DNA of 64,000 nucleotides from Mobula birostris (GCF_030028105.1 NC_092370.1:143177680-143241679), one strand, 5' to 3'. Positions 11,820 to 27,024 are shown, numbered from the stretch's first letter. Notes: generated from the letters alone by a model not told the origin. Made by a program: numbers and translations.

Positions 11820-14800
11820 TGTTTTGGATACTTGGGAGAGTGGCATTGTTAATCAGGGGTAGTATCGTGGCTGCAGAAAAGGAGGAAGTCATGGAGGGAT
11901 TGTCTACTGAGTCACTGTGGGTGGATGTCAGAAACAGGAAGGGGGCAATAACTCTACTGGGTGTTGGAGGGTCTGTAAAAAAAAAAAAACAGAAAGAGGA
12001 GCAGATAGGGAGGCAGATTCTGGAACGGTGCAATAATAATAGGGTTGCTGTGATGGGTGATTTTAGTTTTCTGACTACTTACATGGCGTTCTGCATAGGT
12101 ATGTTCTATTGAGACAGGGAACGGATAGCAGGGTAAAAGAACCATGGTGTACAAAGGATGTAGAAAATCTAGTTACGAAGAAAAGAAAAGCTACAAAAGG
12201 TTCAAGAAACTAGGTACTGTTGGAGCTCTAGAAAATTACAAGGGTGCCAGGAAGGAGCTCAAGAATGAAATTAGGAGAGCTAGAAGGGGCCATTGGCAAG
12301 CAAGATTAAGGAAAACCCCAAGGCATTCTACAAGTATGTGAAGAGCAAGAGGATGAACCGTGCGAGAATAGGACCAATCAGGAGGGATAATGGAAACGTG
12401 CATGGAGTCAGCGGAGATGTGGAGGTACTTAATGAATACTTTGCTTCAGTTTTCACCGGCGAAAAGGACCTTGGCAACTGTGGGGATGACTTAAGAGTGG
12501 ACGGAAATGCTGAGCGTATAGACATTAAGAAAGAGGGTGGGCTGGAGCTTCTGAAAGGTACTAAGTTAAGTAAGTCGCTGGGACCGGACAAGATATACCC
12601 CAGGCTACTGTGGGAAGTGAGGGAGGACGGTAACCAGTGGTGTTCCTCAAGAATCTATACTAGGACCCTTCCCCTTTGTGATTTTTATGAATGACCTGGA
12701 TGAGGAAGTAGAAGAGTGGGTTACTAAGTTTACTGATGACACAAAAGTTGGGAGGTGTTTTGGATAGTCTGGAGGGTTGTTAGAGGTTACAGTGGGACAT
12801 TGATAGGATGCAAAACTGGGCTGAGAAGTGGCAGATGGAGTTCAACCCAGATAAGTGTGAGATGGTTCATTTCAGTAGGTCAAATTTAAAGACAGAATAT
12901 TATATTAATGGTAAGACTCAGCAGTGTGGAGGATCAATGAAATCTGGGGTCTGTGTCTTGAGGACATTCAAAGCTGCTGCGCAGTTTGCCAGTGTTGTTA
13001 TGAAGACATATGGTGTGATGGACTTCATCAACCGTGGGATTGAGTTCAAGAGCCGTGAGGTAATGTTACAGCTATGTAAGACCTTAGTTAGACCACACTT
13101 GGAGTACTGTGTTCAATTCTGGTCACCTCACTACAGAAGGGATGTAGATACTGTAGAGAGTGCAGAGGAGATTTACAAGGATGTTGCCTGGATTGGAGAG
13201 AACTTGGCCTTTTCTCCTTGGAGCAATGGATGATGACAGGTGACCTAAGGTGTATCAAATGATGAGAGGCACTGATCGTGTGAATGGCCAGCGGCTTTTT
13301 CCTAAGACTGAAATGGCTAATGCGAGGGGCATAGTTTAAGGAGCTTGGAAGTCGGTACAAGGGGGAAGTCAGAGGTAAGTTTTTTTTTAATACACAGAGA
13401 GTGGTGGGTCCTAGATTGGTACATGGAGCTTAGAAAAATAGAGGGCTATACGGTAGGGATATTCTAGACAGTTTCTAGAGTAGGTTACATGGCTGGCACA
13501 ACACTGGGGGCCAAAGGATCTGTAATGTGCTGTAGATTTTTATGTTCTATTTTCTACGTATCTTAAAGGCACAAGACTACCTAAGCCATGAATAGGTCTT
13601 ATTACGAACCAAAATAGCAAACAGTGCCTGTATAGCTGGGAGCCTTAAATTAATACTTCTCCGGTTTACTAAGGAGAACAAGATACAAGAAAGTAGAAGC
13701 TGGAGAGAACAATTAGGCTTTTCAAGCCTGCCCCACCATTGATATAATCATAGTTAATTAATGCTGGCCTCAACTCTCTGTCATTTCCTCATAATTCTCA
13801 AACCCTCAATCTGTCAAATCTATTTCAACCTTCAATATATGTAATTATCTAAACTCTGTTGTTTATGATATATATCAAAAGCTGAATGAAAAGTAGACAG
13901 GCAGATTTGCAAATTTGTGGACGACAGCATAAAGGACATCAAAGAATACAGTGGGATCAGTTACAGATATGGGCAGGGAAGTGGCAGATGGAGTTTAACC
14001 TGGATAAAGTTCTCCTTTCATTTGAGCTGCTAAATTAAAATTTCCTTTCATTTGGGAGGTCAAATGAAAGGAGAAAGCATACAAATAATGGTAGGCTCTT
14101 TAATTGCATTGAGCTACAGAGGGAACATTGAACCACATTTCACTGAATGGGGCTACATAAGGTGATAAAGAGGGTGCATGGCATGCTTGTCATCATTGTT
14201 AGGAGTGTACAGTATTAAAGTAAGGAAGTTATCCTGAAGCTACATAAAACTTCAGTCACACTACACTTGTTGTCTTAGTCGTCCCAACAGAGTGCTGCCC
14301 AGATTAGAGGCTATGAGCTGAAAGGAAAGGTTGGCCAACTAGGGTTGTTCTCTCCAGAGCGTCAAAGGTTGAGGAGAGAGCTGATAAGAGGTTTTTAAAA
14401 TTATGAGAGGTGAGAGTTATGATCTTTTAACCAAGGTAGACATGTGAAACACGAGAAGACATGCTTTTAAGATTGGATGGGGGAAGGTTAAAGGCAATTT
14501 GAGGGGCAAGCTTTTTATGCATACTGTAGTAGGTGCCAGGTGCAGTAATGGAAGCAGAGAGTTCAGTGAAGTTTAATAGCCTTTTAGATCGACACATGAA
14601 CTTGTAGGGAATAGACGGATGTGGATGATACAGACGGAGTATGACAGCACAGAAACAACCTGAGGCTCATATAGTCCATACCAAACTATTGTTCTGCCTA
14701 GTCACATCAACCTGCACCTTCCCATGCATGTACCAATCCAAACTTCTCTTAAATATTGCAATCAACACACATCCACCAATTCTGTTGGCAGCTTGTTTCA

Positions 14801-16710
14801 CACTCTTATCACTCTGAGTGAAGAAATTCTCCCTTATGTTCTCCTTAAATATTTCACCTTTTACCCTTAACCCATGACCTCGAGTTCTGGACTCACCCAG
14901 CCTCAGTGGAAAAAGCCTGCTTGCATTTACCCTATCTATCCTTCTCATTATTTAATATATGTCTATCAAATCTCCCTTCACCCTCCTACACTCCAGGAAA
15001 TGAAGTCCTAATATATTTAACCTTCCCCTATAACTCAGGTCCTCAAGTCCCTGCAACACCCTTGTAATTTTTTTCTTCTACCCTACCAATTATATTGATA
15101 TCTTTCCTGTAGGTTGGTAACCAGAACTGCACACAATATTCCATCTAAATTAAGCCTCACCAATGCCTTATACAACATCAACATAACACCCCAATTCCTA
15201 AGCCAAATGACCCTATCTACCTGTGATGCCACCTCCAAGGAATTATGGGCCCGCATTCCCAGATCCTTCAGTACTACCACACTCCTCAGTGCCCTTCTGA
15301 TCACTAAGTCCCACCTCAATGTAACACCTCACCCTCATTAAATTCCATTTGCCATTCTACACCCTATTTTGCAGTTGTCCACTCACTATGCCTCCTATTT
15401 TGGTGTCAGCTGCAAGTTTGCTTATCTGGTTTACATTATCATCCAGACTGTTGATACAGATGACAAGGAGAATATTTAGTATATATATTGGCATCATGGT
15501 CAGCACAAGATTATGGGTTGAATGGTCTCCCCAGTGCTCTACCATGGTCTGGGGTTGGTGGGAGCCTGAACTGGAATGTAGCTAAAATCCAAGCAAAAAG
15601 GCATGCACCAGCTGTTGGGGAGTTTTTAAACCATTTAATCGGGGGGAAGACACACAGCTGGGGATGAGATTCAGTTACACATGTAGAAGAAAACAAAAGC
15701 AAGGTTAGTCTAGAAAGCCTAGCAGACATGGGCAAGATTAGGAACATGGGAGGACTGGAAAACTAAATGCAATCCATTTTAAAGCACTAAGCCTGACATG
15801 TGAGATAGATGAGTATTAAGCTGCACATGCGAATAACATATCGTTGCTATCTTTGAGTTAGGAAAGCAAGGTGGGACTGGCAATTCAACCATCTAGAGTA
15901 TAGAAGTTTGACACATGGTGGAGGTGGGGTTATGTAGAAGAGAGAAGGGCATTACATTACTAATCAAAGAGTCCATCACTGCAGTAATGAAGAAAGGTGT
16001 TTGAGAAGGTTCTTCAGATACAGGTCGAGTTTAGAAACAAAATTTGAGCAATTTTGCCAGGATATTACGACAGGCCTCCAACCAGTTAGCAGAATGTAGA
16101 AGAACAGATAGATAACACATTAGAAAGAGATGAAAGAAAAACTGTATTATAGTTGCAAGAGATTTCCACTTCCCCCCATTAACTTAAAGGTTAATGGTAA
16201 ATGGCATGCTGAAAGAAGGCATATGGCATGCTTTCCTTCATTGGTTAGGGCACTAGCATGATAGTAGCTAAATAAAACTTTGGTTTGTCTGCACTTCTGG
16301 TCATCCAATTACGGAAAGGATAGGAAGGCTTTAGAAGGGGTGCAGAAAAGGTTTCCAGGGATGCTGCCTGAATTGGAATTTATAAATTATAAAGAGAGGC
16401 TGGACAAACGAGTTGTTTTTTTCTGGAGTACCAGAGGGCAAAGAGAGACCTGAATGAAGTTTACAAGATTAAAGAGGTAATAGATTGGGTAGGTAGAATC
16501 TTTATCCCAGGGTAGAAATGCCATCTACTGGAGGATATCTATTTAAGGTGATAGGGGAAAGATTAAAGGTGTTGTTTAGGGCATTTTTTTTTATATACAG
16601 AGAGCGGTTAAGTGTTTGAAAATGTCTGCCAAGGAATAGTGGTTGCAGGTACAATAGAGGCATATAAGAAGCAGTTAGATAGACACAAGCACATGCTTGG
16701 AACGAGGGAT
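11820..16710. mobile_element. Cluster of decayed CR1 fragments (+ 11820-14640, - 14650-15470, + 15770-16710)
   Basis: KIKENPKAFYKYVKSKR, WAEKWQMEFNPDKC and TRGHGLRV motifs; boundaries approximate. Confidence 0.8.
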
Positions 16711-16786
16711 ATCATATTAAAAAGGTGCAATGTGAAAGCAATTATCTTATAAAACAAAGATAAATAAAGATGCAGCGATCACGTAC

Positions 16787-16919
16787 CTTTCCTAATTTCT
16801 CAAGCAATTCTGCACAAAGTTTGAACTCCTTTGCATTTCTCAAACATTTCAGCGAGAGTTTTGGAACCTTGCACTCCAGGTAAGTCTTAGCCAGTTGAAG
16901 GTATTCCATCTGAATTTCC
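16787..16919 (-). CDS. TRANK1: TRANK1 exon, 133 bp, TPR-like (REIQMEYLQLAKTYLECK...EKLGK)
   Basis: tttttacattccAG|G GAA ATT ... GGA AAG|GTacgt; phase 2 to 0. Confidence 0.93.
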
Positions 16920-17399
16920 CTGGAATGTAAAAAGATGCATTTTTATTCCTCTTTATAGGGGAAAAATACCTTTTACTGAAGAAATACTTCAGCAATTCAC
17001 AAAGTCTGTAAGAAAGATGTCATTCCGAACCCCATAGATTCAGTTACTGCTCAGTATTACTGTGTGCCAAGAAATCATTCATCAATGTACTTACCCTCCA
17101 AATACTTTGGTGATTATCAGTCAAAGTGAGTTTATCCCTAATGATATGCACAATTGTGCAGCAAAATTGTCAGATGCATTTCAGAACTTTATCCCTGTAA
17201 CTTCCAAATACATTTACAAGTTTTCTTCTTGCATTTGATATTGAGCATTTTCTCCTGGTAACATTCCTAACGACCTTATAACAGTATACCATTTTGAAAA
17301 CTATTGGGGGGAGGGGGGTGTGGAAGCAGCCTGTCTGGGGAAAACAGCACCATCAGCTGATTCAGTGGCACCATGGCTGGGTCAACTGTAAAGCAGAAT

Positions 17400-17770
17400 A
17401 AAACACAGTCCAGGAGAGCAACAGTGATAAGGAACTCTCTAACCAGAGCACTGACGGGCACTTCTGTGGCCACCAGTGGGATTTGAGGATAACGCAGTGC
17501 CTCTTAGATGCCAGGGTCAATAATGTTTCTGAGTAGGCACAGGATATTCTGAAAGTGGAGGGTGAGCAACCAGAGGTTTTGTTGCATATACGTATCAACG
17601 CCATTGACAAGAAGTTGGCATACTGCGATGATAATTTAGCAAGCTATGTAGTAAGTTTGAACTTTGGAGTTGTAATCTCTGAGATACTCACTGTGCCTCA
17701 AGCTAGCGAGGTAGCTCAATGTGTGGCTTAGAAGCTGGTGCAGTTGAGAGAGATTCAGGTATAACACAGA
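17400..17770 (+). mobile_element. CR1 ORF1 (SGNH esterase-like) remnant
   Basis: Decayed VIGDS...C.PGARV..VSE..QDILK.EGEQPEV..HI..N motif. Confidence 0.65.
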
Positions 17771-17779
17771 AACTGGTAC

Positions 17780-19828
17780 AGCACAGGAAAAGGCCCCCTG
17801 GACCACACTATCAGTGCCAAACATGTTGCTAAATTAAACTAAAACTTTTCTGTCTGCAAATAATTCCATTCTCTGCATGCTCACATGTCTAACACTCTCT
17901 TGAATGCCTTTATCATATCTGAATCCACCACTACTCCAGGTAACTAACTATCTGTGTTTAAAAAAACTTCGGCTGCACATCTCTTTTTAACGTTCCCCAC
18001 TCCCCCTCACCTAAATGTGTCCTGTATTACTTGACATTTTTACCCATTGAAAGAGATTCTCACTGTCTACCCTCTCTATACCTCTCATGACCTTACAAAC
18101 TTCAGTCAGCTCTCCCTTCAACCTCCAACAGGCCAGAGAAAATAACCCAAGTTTGTCCTACCTCTCCTTATAGCTCATACCCTCTAATTCAGGCAACTTC
18201 CTGGAAACCTCTTCTACACCCGTTCCAAAGTCTAACATCCTTCATTTAATGGGGTGACCAGAATTGCACACAATACTCCAAGTAGGTTCTAATCAAATTT
18301 TTATAAACCTGCAACATGGCTTCCTTACTCTTATTCTGAATGCCCCGACCAATGAAGGCAAGCATGCAACACACCTATCGCACCTTAACTATTTGTGTGG
18401 CCACTTTAAGTGAGCTTTGGACTTGGACCCCAAGATCCCTCTGTACAGCAATACCCTGCTGTTCTATATACTTTCCACGTATATCTGACTTCCCAAAGTA
18501 CAACACCCCACAAATAGAAACACAAGCTGATTATGGAAAAGAGCGAAGAAAGACCTTAGTGTTATCACTGTGGGTAACTTCAACTTCCCCAACACTGACT
18601 GGTAACTCCTTCATACAAAATGTTTAGATGGAGCATAATTTGTTGGGTGTGTCCAAGAAGGTTTTTTGAAGCAGTATGTGGGTAGTCCAGCTAAAGAGAG
18701 GGCTGCACTTTATCGTGTACTAGAAAATGAGCAAGACAAAGTAGCTGACCTGGGAGAATACTTGGGAAACAGTGGTCAAAACTCCTTAATCTTTAAGATA
18801 GCTATGAATAAGGATAAAAGTGGACCTTGCAAGAAAGTATTAAATTGAGGTGGGGTGAAATTATGAGGGCATCAGACAGGAGCTAGGGAAAGTTAATTGG
18901 GAAGAGTTTATTTTTGGGCAAGTCCACATCTGACACGTGGAGATTATTTGAAATCCAGCTGTACGGGTTTCAGATACCAGGGCTTCTGGGTGACTAATGT
19001 TGTTCCTTTTTTCAAGAATGTAAATTTAGACTGGCAAGTCTCATTTCAGTAGTAGGGAAAATAATGGAGAGAATTTGTAGGGGTAAGATTTAAGAGCACT
19101 TGGAAAGCACGGTCTAATTATGGACAGTCAGTATAACTTTGTGAGGGGCAAGTCATGTCTTTCTAATCTCACTGAGTTTTTTAAGGAGTTGATGAAGGTG
19201 ATTGAAGGAGGTAGAACTGTTAAATTTTCTTTATATATCGGCTTTAGTAAGGCATTTCACAAAGTGCTGCATGGTACCCTCATTCAGAAAATGAGGATGG
19301 ATGGGATCCACTGTGACTTGATCAAAAACTGGCTTGCCCATAGAAGAATGGGTACTGGTGGATGGGTCTAATGCTGGAGAGGTCTGTGACTAGGGGTGAT
19401 ATGTAGGGATCAGAACTGGAACCTCTGCTATTTGGCATAGCTATAAATGACTTGGATGAAAATGTGGCAGGGTGGGTAAGTTGGCAGACACCACAAAGGT
19501 AGCATTGTGAATTTCATAGAAGATTGGCATAATTTACAGCAGGTTATAGATCAGTTGCTAATATAGGCAAAGTAGTAGCAGATGGAGTTTAATCTGGCCA
19601 AGTGAGGTGCTGCACTTTGGGAGATTCAACATAACTGGAGAGTACACAGTTAATGAAAGTGGGTCCACATATATGTCTCCTTAAAAGTGGCTGCACTTGA
19701 AGATAGGAAGGCAAAAAATGTGTCTGCCTTGCTTGCCTTTATTAGGTGAGGCAGTGAGTTCAAGAGACAGGAAGTTACATCTTTATAAAACTTTGGTCAG
19801 GCCACACTTAGAAAACTGTGATCAGTCT
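17780..19828. mobile_element. Old CR1 fragments (- 17780-18510, + 18510-19828, resuming about 21820-22250)
   Basis: SQYNFVRGKSCLSNLTEFF, FSKAFHKV. Confidence 0.75.
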
Positions 19829-21818
19829 TAGACAATAGACAATAGGTGGAGTAGGCCATTCGGCCCTTCGAGTCAGCACCGCCATTCATTGTGATCATGG
19901 CTGATCATCCACAATCAGTATCCAGGTCCTGCCTTTTCCCCGTAACCTTTGATTCCGCTATCTTTAAGAGCTCTAGCCATCTCTTTCTTGAAAGCAGCCA
20001 GAGACTTGGCCTCCACTGCCTTCTGGGGCAGAGCATTTCACATATCCACCACTCTCTGGGTGAAAAAGTTTTTCCTCAACTCCGTTCTAAATGGCCTACC
20101 CCTTATTCTTAAACTGTGGCCTCTGGTTCTGGACTCACCCATCAGCAGGAACATGCTTCCTACCTCCAGCGTGTCCAATCCCTTAATAATCTTATATGTT
20201 TTAATCAGATCCCCTCTCAGCCTTCTAAATTCCAGTGTATACAAGCCCAGTCACTCCAATCTTTCAACATATGACAGTCATGCCATCCCGGGAATTAACC
20301 TTGTGAACCTACGCGGCACTCCCTCAATAGCAGGAATGTCCTTCCTCAAATTTGGAGACCAAAACTGCACACAATACTCCAGGTGTGGTCTCACCAGGGC
20401 CCTGTACAGCTGCAGATGGACCTCTTTGCTCCTATACTCAATTCCCCTTGTTATGAAGGCCAGCATGCCATTAGCTTTCTCCACTGCCTGCTGTACCTGC
20501 ATGCTTGCTTTCAGTGACCGACATACAAGAACACCTAGATCTCGTTGTACTTCCCCTTTTCCTAACTTGACTCCATTTAGATAATAATCTGCCTTCCTGT
20601 TCTTACCACCAAAGTGGATAATCTCACATTTATCCACATTAAACTGCATCTGCCATGCATCCACCCACTCACCCAGCCTGTCCAAGTCACCCTGCATTCT
20701 CATAGCATCCTCCTCATATTTCACACTGCCACCCAGCTTTGAGTCATCTGCAAATTTGCTAATGTTACTTTTAATCCCTTCATCTAAATCATTAATGTAT
20801 ATTGTAAACAGCTGCGGTCCCATCACTGAACTCTGCAGTACCCCACTGGTCACCGCCTGCCATTCCGAAAGGGACCCGTTAATCGCTACTGTCAGCCAGC
20901 CAATTTTCAATCCATGTCAGTACTCTGCCCCCAATACCATGTGCCCTAATTTTGCCCACTAATCTCCTATGTGGGACTTTATCAAAGGCTTTCTGAAGGT
21001 CCAGGTACACTACATCCACTGGCTCTCCCTTGCCCATTTTCATAGTTACATCCTCAAAAAAATTCCAGAGGATTAGTCAAGCATGATTTCCCCTTCGTAA
21101 ATCCATGCTGACTCGGACCTATCCTGTTACTGCTATCTAGATGTGTCCTAATTTCATCTTTTATAATTGACTCCAGCAACTTTCCCACCACTGACGTCAG
21201 GCTAACCGGTCTATAATTCCCTGTTTTCTCTCTTCCTCCCTTCCTGAGAAATGGGACAACATTAGCCACCCTCCAATCCACAGGAACTGATCCTGAATCT
21301 ATAGAACATTGGAAAATGATTACCAATGCATCCACGATTTCTAAAGCCACCTCCTTAAGTACCCTGGGATGCAGACCATCAGGTCCCGGGGATTTACCAG
21401 CCTTCAGACCCAACAGTCTATCCAACACCATTTCTTGCCTAATATAAATTTCCTTCAGTTCATCCATTACCCTAGGTCCTTTGGCCACTATTATATCTGG
21501 GAGATTGTTTGTGTCTTCCCTAGTGAAGACAGATCCAAAGTACCTGTTCAACTCGTCTGCCATTTCCTTGTTCCCCATAATAAATTCACCCCTTAACTTA
21601 TTTTTTTCCTTTTCACATACCTAAAGAAGCTTTTACTATCCTCCTTTATATTCTTGGCTGGCTTACCTCATCTTTTCTCCCTGTATTGCCTTTTTAGTTA
21701 TCTTCTGTTGCTCTTTAAGTTTCCCAGTCCTCTGGCTTCCCGCTCATCTTTGCTATGTTATACTTCTTCCCTTTTATTTTTATACTGTCCTTTACTTCCC
21801 TTGTCAGCCACAGCCTCC
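19829..21818 (-). mobile_element. Relatively young CR1 LINE, about 2 kb, (ATTGTCT)n tail
   Basis: ORFs 21054-21578, 20278-20910 and 20038-20244 carry RT motifs; the element interrupts an older + strand CR1. Confidence 0.9.
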
Positions 21819-22309
21819 ACGGTTGCCCAATTATGGATGTGGAGGCTTTGGTTAAGGTGCAGAGGAGATTTACCAGGATGCTGCTTGCTTTGAAGGACTT
21901 GCTATGAGGAGATGTCAGACCAGCTGGGGCAGCGGAGGCTGAAGGAAGATTTGATAAAATTTATAAAACTATGTGTGCCATTGGTGTACAACCAGTACCT
22001 TTTCCCCAAATCTGAAATGTTTAGCACTGGAAGGCATGTATTTATGTTGAGAGTGTGAAAGTGCAAGTGAGCTGTGTGGGGCAAGTTAGTCAGTCAGTCG
22101 TTTATTTAATTGATTGATTGATTGACACAGAGAGTGATGTGGGCCTGGAATGTACTGCTAGGGTGGTGGTAAAGGCAGAGAGCATAGGATCGTTTAAGAC
22201 AATTTTAGATAGGCACATAAATATGCAGAAATGTGCAGGAAAAGGAATGTTATATAACTTGTTGACTCTCCACTTGGCTTTGGACCAACATTATTTTGGC
22301 TGCTGTTTA

Positions 22310-23250
22310 TTGATTACAGCTCAGCGTTCCACACCATCATTCCTTCAGTATTAATCAACAAGCTTCAAAACCTGAGTCTACGTTCCTCCGTCGGCAACTT
22401 GATCGTGGACTTCCACATCGGGAGCCATGGTCAGTGCAGATCAGGAATAGCATCTCCTCCTCACTGACAATCAGGACTGGTGCACCTCAAGGATGCATGC
22501 TTAGCCCAATGCTCTATTCATTCGACACCCATGAGTGTGTAGCTAGGTACAGCGCAAACACCATCTATAAATTTGTTGATGACACAACTGCTGTATGCAG
22601 AATTTCAGATGGTGATGAGGAGGCATACAAGAGTGAGATAATCGGCTGGCTGAGTGGTGTTGCAACAATAACCTTGTACTCAACGTCAGTGAGACCAAGT
22701 AATTAATTGTCGACTTCAGGAAGAAGTCGAGGGAACATACATCAGTCCTCATCAAGGGGTCAGTAGTGGAAAGGGTTAGTGGTTTCAAGTTCCTGGGTGT
22801 CAGCAACTCACAGGATCCATCTTGGGTACAACTTATTGAAGCAATTTTGAAGAAGGCAAGCGCAGAACGTTGTAAACTCAGTCAGCTGTGTCATGGGCAC
22901 CAGCCACCCTACTATCGAGGACACCTTCAAAAGGTGTCATCCATGATTAAGTACCCCATCAGCCAGAACATGCCCTTTTCTCATTACTACCATCAGAGAG
23001 GAGGTACAGGAGCCTGAAGACACACACTCAAGAGCTTTGGGACCAATTTCTTCCCCTCTGACTTCACATTTCTGAATGGTCAATGAATCCATGAACAATA
23101 CCTCACTATTTTCCCTCTCTTTTTGCAGGATACTATTTATTGAATTAAAATTTTTGAAAATATATATTATTGTAATTTAGCATTTTTATGTACTGTACTA
23201 CAAAATAACAAAGTTCATGACATATGTTTGTGACAATAAACCTAATTCTG
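22310..23250 (+). mobile_element. Rex1/Babar LINE 3' fragment
   Basis: TGAPQGCMLSPMLYS, KFVDDTT, ERVSGFKFLG; ends GACAATAAAC. Confidence 0.8.
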
Positions 23251-23874
23251 GTCCCATGTCTTAGCATAAGAGCGAGAATTGCAGAGTATGAGTATGGCAG
23301 CAGAATACTGCTCAGCCATCACACTGTTGCTGCGTATGGACGCTACAAAATGCATTGCTGTTACTCACCAGTTCACTATGACATGACTTACACGACCATA
23401 AAAGAAAGGAGCAGCAGGTGCCTTAGAACATCACCACCTCCAAGTCATACACGATCCTGACCACGAAATGTATTACTGCTCAAAGTTCCAGAACTTCCTT
23501 CCTCCTACCCAACAGCATCTTTCAAGAGCAATTAAGGATCAGCAGTAAATGAGAACCTTGCCAAAGATAATCATTTTCCCAAAAGAAATAAAATAAAAAG
23601 CTTATGGCTAGATTTGAATTAAACCAAATTAGGAACTTCCAAACAAGGAGGTTGATCTACTGGCTGGTAAAACATATACATACAAAAAGGTACCAAAGTA
23701 GCTTTGACAGGGGAAAATTATTCAGGACCAAGCAGAAATAACCGTATTTAAAAAGTAATGTACTGAAGCAGAATTCAAATGTTGATTCTTGATTTGCGGT
23801 CAGCACAGAGGATGATACACCACATCATAAAGATGGGCACTAATATTGTCAATATGAAAACCAACAGGGCTTAC

Positions 23875-23978
23875 CTTGAGCTTTTTTTCTTGACTTGTAC
23901 ATTGAGAACAGCATCATGAGCTTGTGCTAGTTTCTCTTTTTCCAACTCTCCACCCTTCTGATAGCATTTGGCAGCAAC
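23875..23978 (-). CDS. TRANK1: TRANK1 exon, 104 bp, TPR-like (VAAKCYQKGGELEKEKLAQAHDAVL...)
   Basis: aacttcatAG|GTT GCT GCC AAA TGC ... TCA AG|GTaagc; phase 0 to 2. Confidence 0.93.
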
Positions 23979-25289
23979 CTATGAAGTTATAAATGGAGCT
24001 TATACACATTGCAGGAAATTGACAACGTAATTATAAGTAACTCAAATATAAAACTAATTTCCATGCTACTGGACAGTTAAAACGCTACATGCATCAACAT
24101 ATTGAAAACCATGTGCCTCAACAGAATAAAATTACCTTCAATAATCATCCTCATTTTAGCAAAACAGCCATAAATGCAATGAAACACCAAAGTGCTTTGA
24201 AACTAGGAAAAAGTAGCCACTGGCTCAGTCAAAGATGTATGTTTAAAGAACATCTTAAGAAATGTTAGAGAGAATTATGGACAGAATTCCAGAGCTTCAG
24301 CCACCAAGGTTATTTTTAGAGCTGCTCCTAACTTTGCTACTAGAACATTCCACATTGCAAAGTCATTTGTGTCGGTAGTTATCTTTCTTAGCAAATATTT
24401 GAAAATGCTTTCAAATGGTTGAAAATGTCAAAGTGCTGGAAATTGTACATTAGAGCCAATATTGACAAGCTACTTCCGTCATGCCATGTCAAATTTAAGG
24501 AATTGTAAGTTCTCAGATCTTTTTTGTGGACCATTCATAATAACTACATTCAGAAAGTTTACTTCACTGAACACTGGTGAAATTGAGAGGGTAGTTTCTG
24601 GTCTCAGTATATAATGTGAGAAAGGCAGAATGAGGAAATACATGAAATATACAGCCAGTCTGATCAAAGAAATTACTGCTCTATTTCGCCGTCCATCCAG
24701 GACTAAACATTGCTCTTTAGCTTGTTAAAAGAAATGTTAGCCGAAGTGAGGTAAGATTTTACTTTCAGAGCAACTTCTTAACACTACTGTGAATTAAACA
24801 AGGTGTTGTTGGCTTACATTTTATTTCAACACGATACGATAAATTCTAACATTTTACTGAAGTATTGGTTAACCTGTTTATTTCACGTGACAAATGAAAA
24901 TAAAGAATCTAATTTGTGATAATTTGATCTGGAAAAGGCTTCATTTTTACCTCATTTTCACACTTCCACATAGACAGATCCTGAGCAGATTCCATCAATT
25001 GTTGAAGGAGGCAAAGGGAACTTTTAGTCCAAGACAAAGATGTAGTGTAGACATTGACTGATGTTTCTCATGCTCTGAATTGATCAAAGCGTTTGAGTAA
25101 TTTGAGAAACACTTTGGCAGTTGCAAAATGTTTGCAGGAACCAGAGACTTTTAACCCCAGAGGCATTTCCCCAGGTCCTTCTAATACTTGGAGATATCCA
25201 TTTCATTACTTCTTACATTATAGTGGTAAATTCACTAGCTGTTAATTTTTTTATGTTTATATTATTATAGGATTCGTTAAGGTTGTTAT

Positions 25290-25830
25290 AGCCAGTGGTG
25301 GTAGTGGGGATAAGCTCTCACTACCTATTAAATGCTACCAATGTGTCTGAAATAGCCTCTGACAACCAACTTCAGGTCCTGGTCTTCATGTACGACTCAG
25401 CTACTAAGCCCAGCAGGTCAGTTTCTACTGACTGGAGAAGGGGCAAAGGTGGGTTACTGAGATCTTAAAACCAGTTCCTTCGGGCAGATGGGGTTTGTCA
25501 GCTCATCTAAGAGAAGGAAAACTCTGATCTCAAACCTCTGCTGCCTTGCGCTATACCTACTCATGGGGAAGGCTTTGGGAGTAAACCCCACAGAAAAATT
25601 CAGAACTGTACTCCAACGTTCAGTTCAGCACTGACTGGCAACCCCTGTGACTCACCTGGTGCTTAACTGTATTGGTCTCTGCCATTCCTTTGGATTCATC
25701 AGCTGTATGGAGAGGGGGAGCTTGCTATATGGGCAACAACTTGCTCTCCATATCGTACTGCCCTGGCTTGTGTATCGTGACAGCTGGGAGGCAACATCCA
25801 TAGTTGACCCCCACCAATGGAGAACCCCAT
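25290..25830 (+). mobile_element. Non-autonomous RTE-type element (5'UTR-like part joined to 3' tail)
   Basis: GAGAAGGAAAACTCTGA..AAACCT RTE-like 5' motif; 3' part GGAGAGGGGGAGCTTGC...GGGCAAC resembles the tail of the SINE at 29280. Confidence 0.55.
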
Positions 25831-27024
25831 AATGTTTTAGAGAGTGTGGGATAGAGACAGGGTGAAGGAGAGAACTCTAACTTTGAGCCAAGCATGGTGA
25901 CAGAGGTTGATACAATAGGAACATTTTAAAGGCGCTTTAAAGGCGGATATAAGAAAAATGGAGGGTTATGGGCTGTGTAGGAGGGAAAGGTTAGATTGAT
26001 TGTGGAGTAGGTTTACATAGGTAGACACAACATTGTGGCCATAAGGGCCCATACTGTGCTGTACTGTTCTGTTTAGAGGCAGCATTTCTACTACAGTGTC
26101 CTGCAAACTGGGAGGACAAGAGAAGAGACTTCTGGGCAACTGAGATAGTGAGTGAGTGGGCAAGAACATGGCAGATGAGGAATGGCGTGGATCAATGTGA
26201 ACTTTCCCACTTCAGTAGAAAAAATAAAAATATTGTGTATTTTTAAATGATGTAAGGCTAGAAAATGTCAATGCAGATAGAGATTTGGCTGTTCTTGCAC
26301 ATGTGTAGGTATAGCAAGTGGTAAAGAAAGCAAATGGTTTATTAACCTTCCTCATAACAGGATTTAAGAAAAGGAGCAAAGCGTCTTCTTCCCACGTTTT
26401 CAAACAGCCTTGCTGAATCCACATTTGGAGACTTACATGCAGTTTTCATCTCCTTTAAAGGTATATTTGTCATCAGACGGAGTGCAACTATTGTTCACTA
26501 GACTGAGTCCTGGAACTGTCGAAGTGCAATATGAGAAGTGATTAGGCTGACTAGGTTGGTAACCATAAGAGCCTAGAAAAACAATAAGTGGATCAAAGAG
26601 AAATTTCAAAATTCTAATAGGGCTAAAAAGACCGGATACAGCAGGATATTTCCACTGGGCAAGGTACCTTGAATGAGAAACCAAATGGCTTTATGAAGAT
26701 GGAAAATAACGTCAATGGGTGGTAAAACTTGTGCATTTGCTGCTTACGGAGGGGCTATGAAGAACAAGTCACTGACTATATTTAAGGTCAGAGATAAGAA
26801 AGGCTTTATGCCAGAGCACGTTGGAATAGTTACTCAGACAGAGCAAGTTCAAAGGACCAAATGGCCCATTCCTGTCCTATTCTCCGTGTTTCTACATAAA
26901 TCTTCAGTTTATATACACGGGATTATAAAATAATGGAATTTGAGAACACAGCTTGTAGACGTTTGTAGATTCATTGCAAGCCACAAACCAAGGTTCACAA
27001 TTTGATGAAAATTTTAGCTCTCAC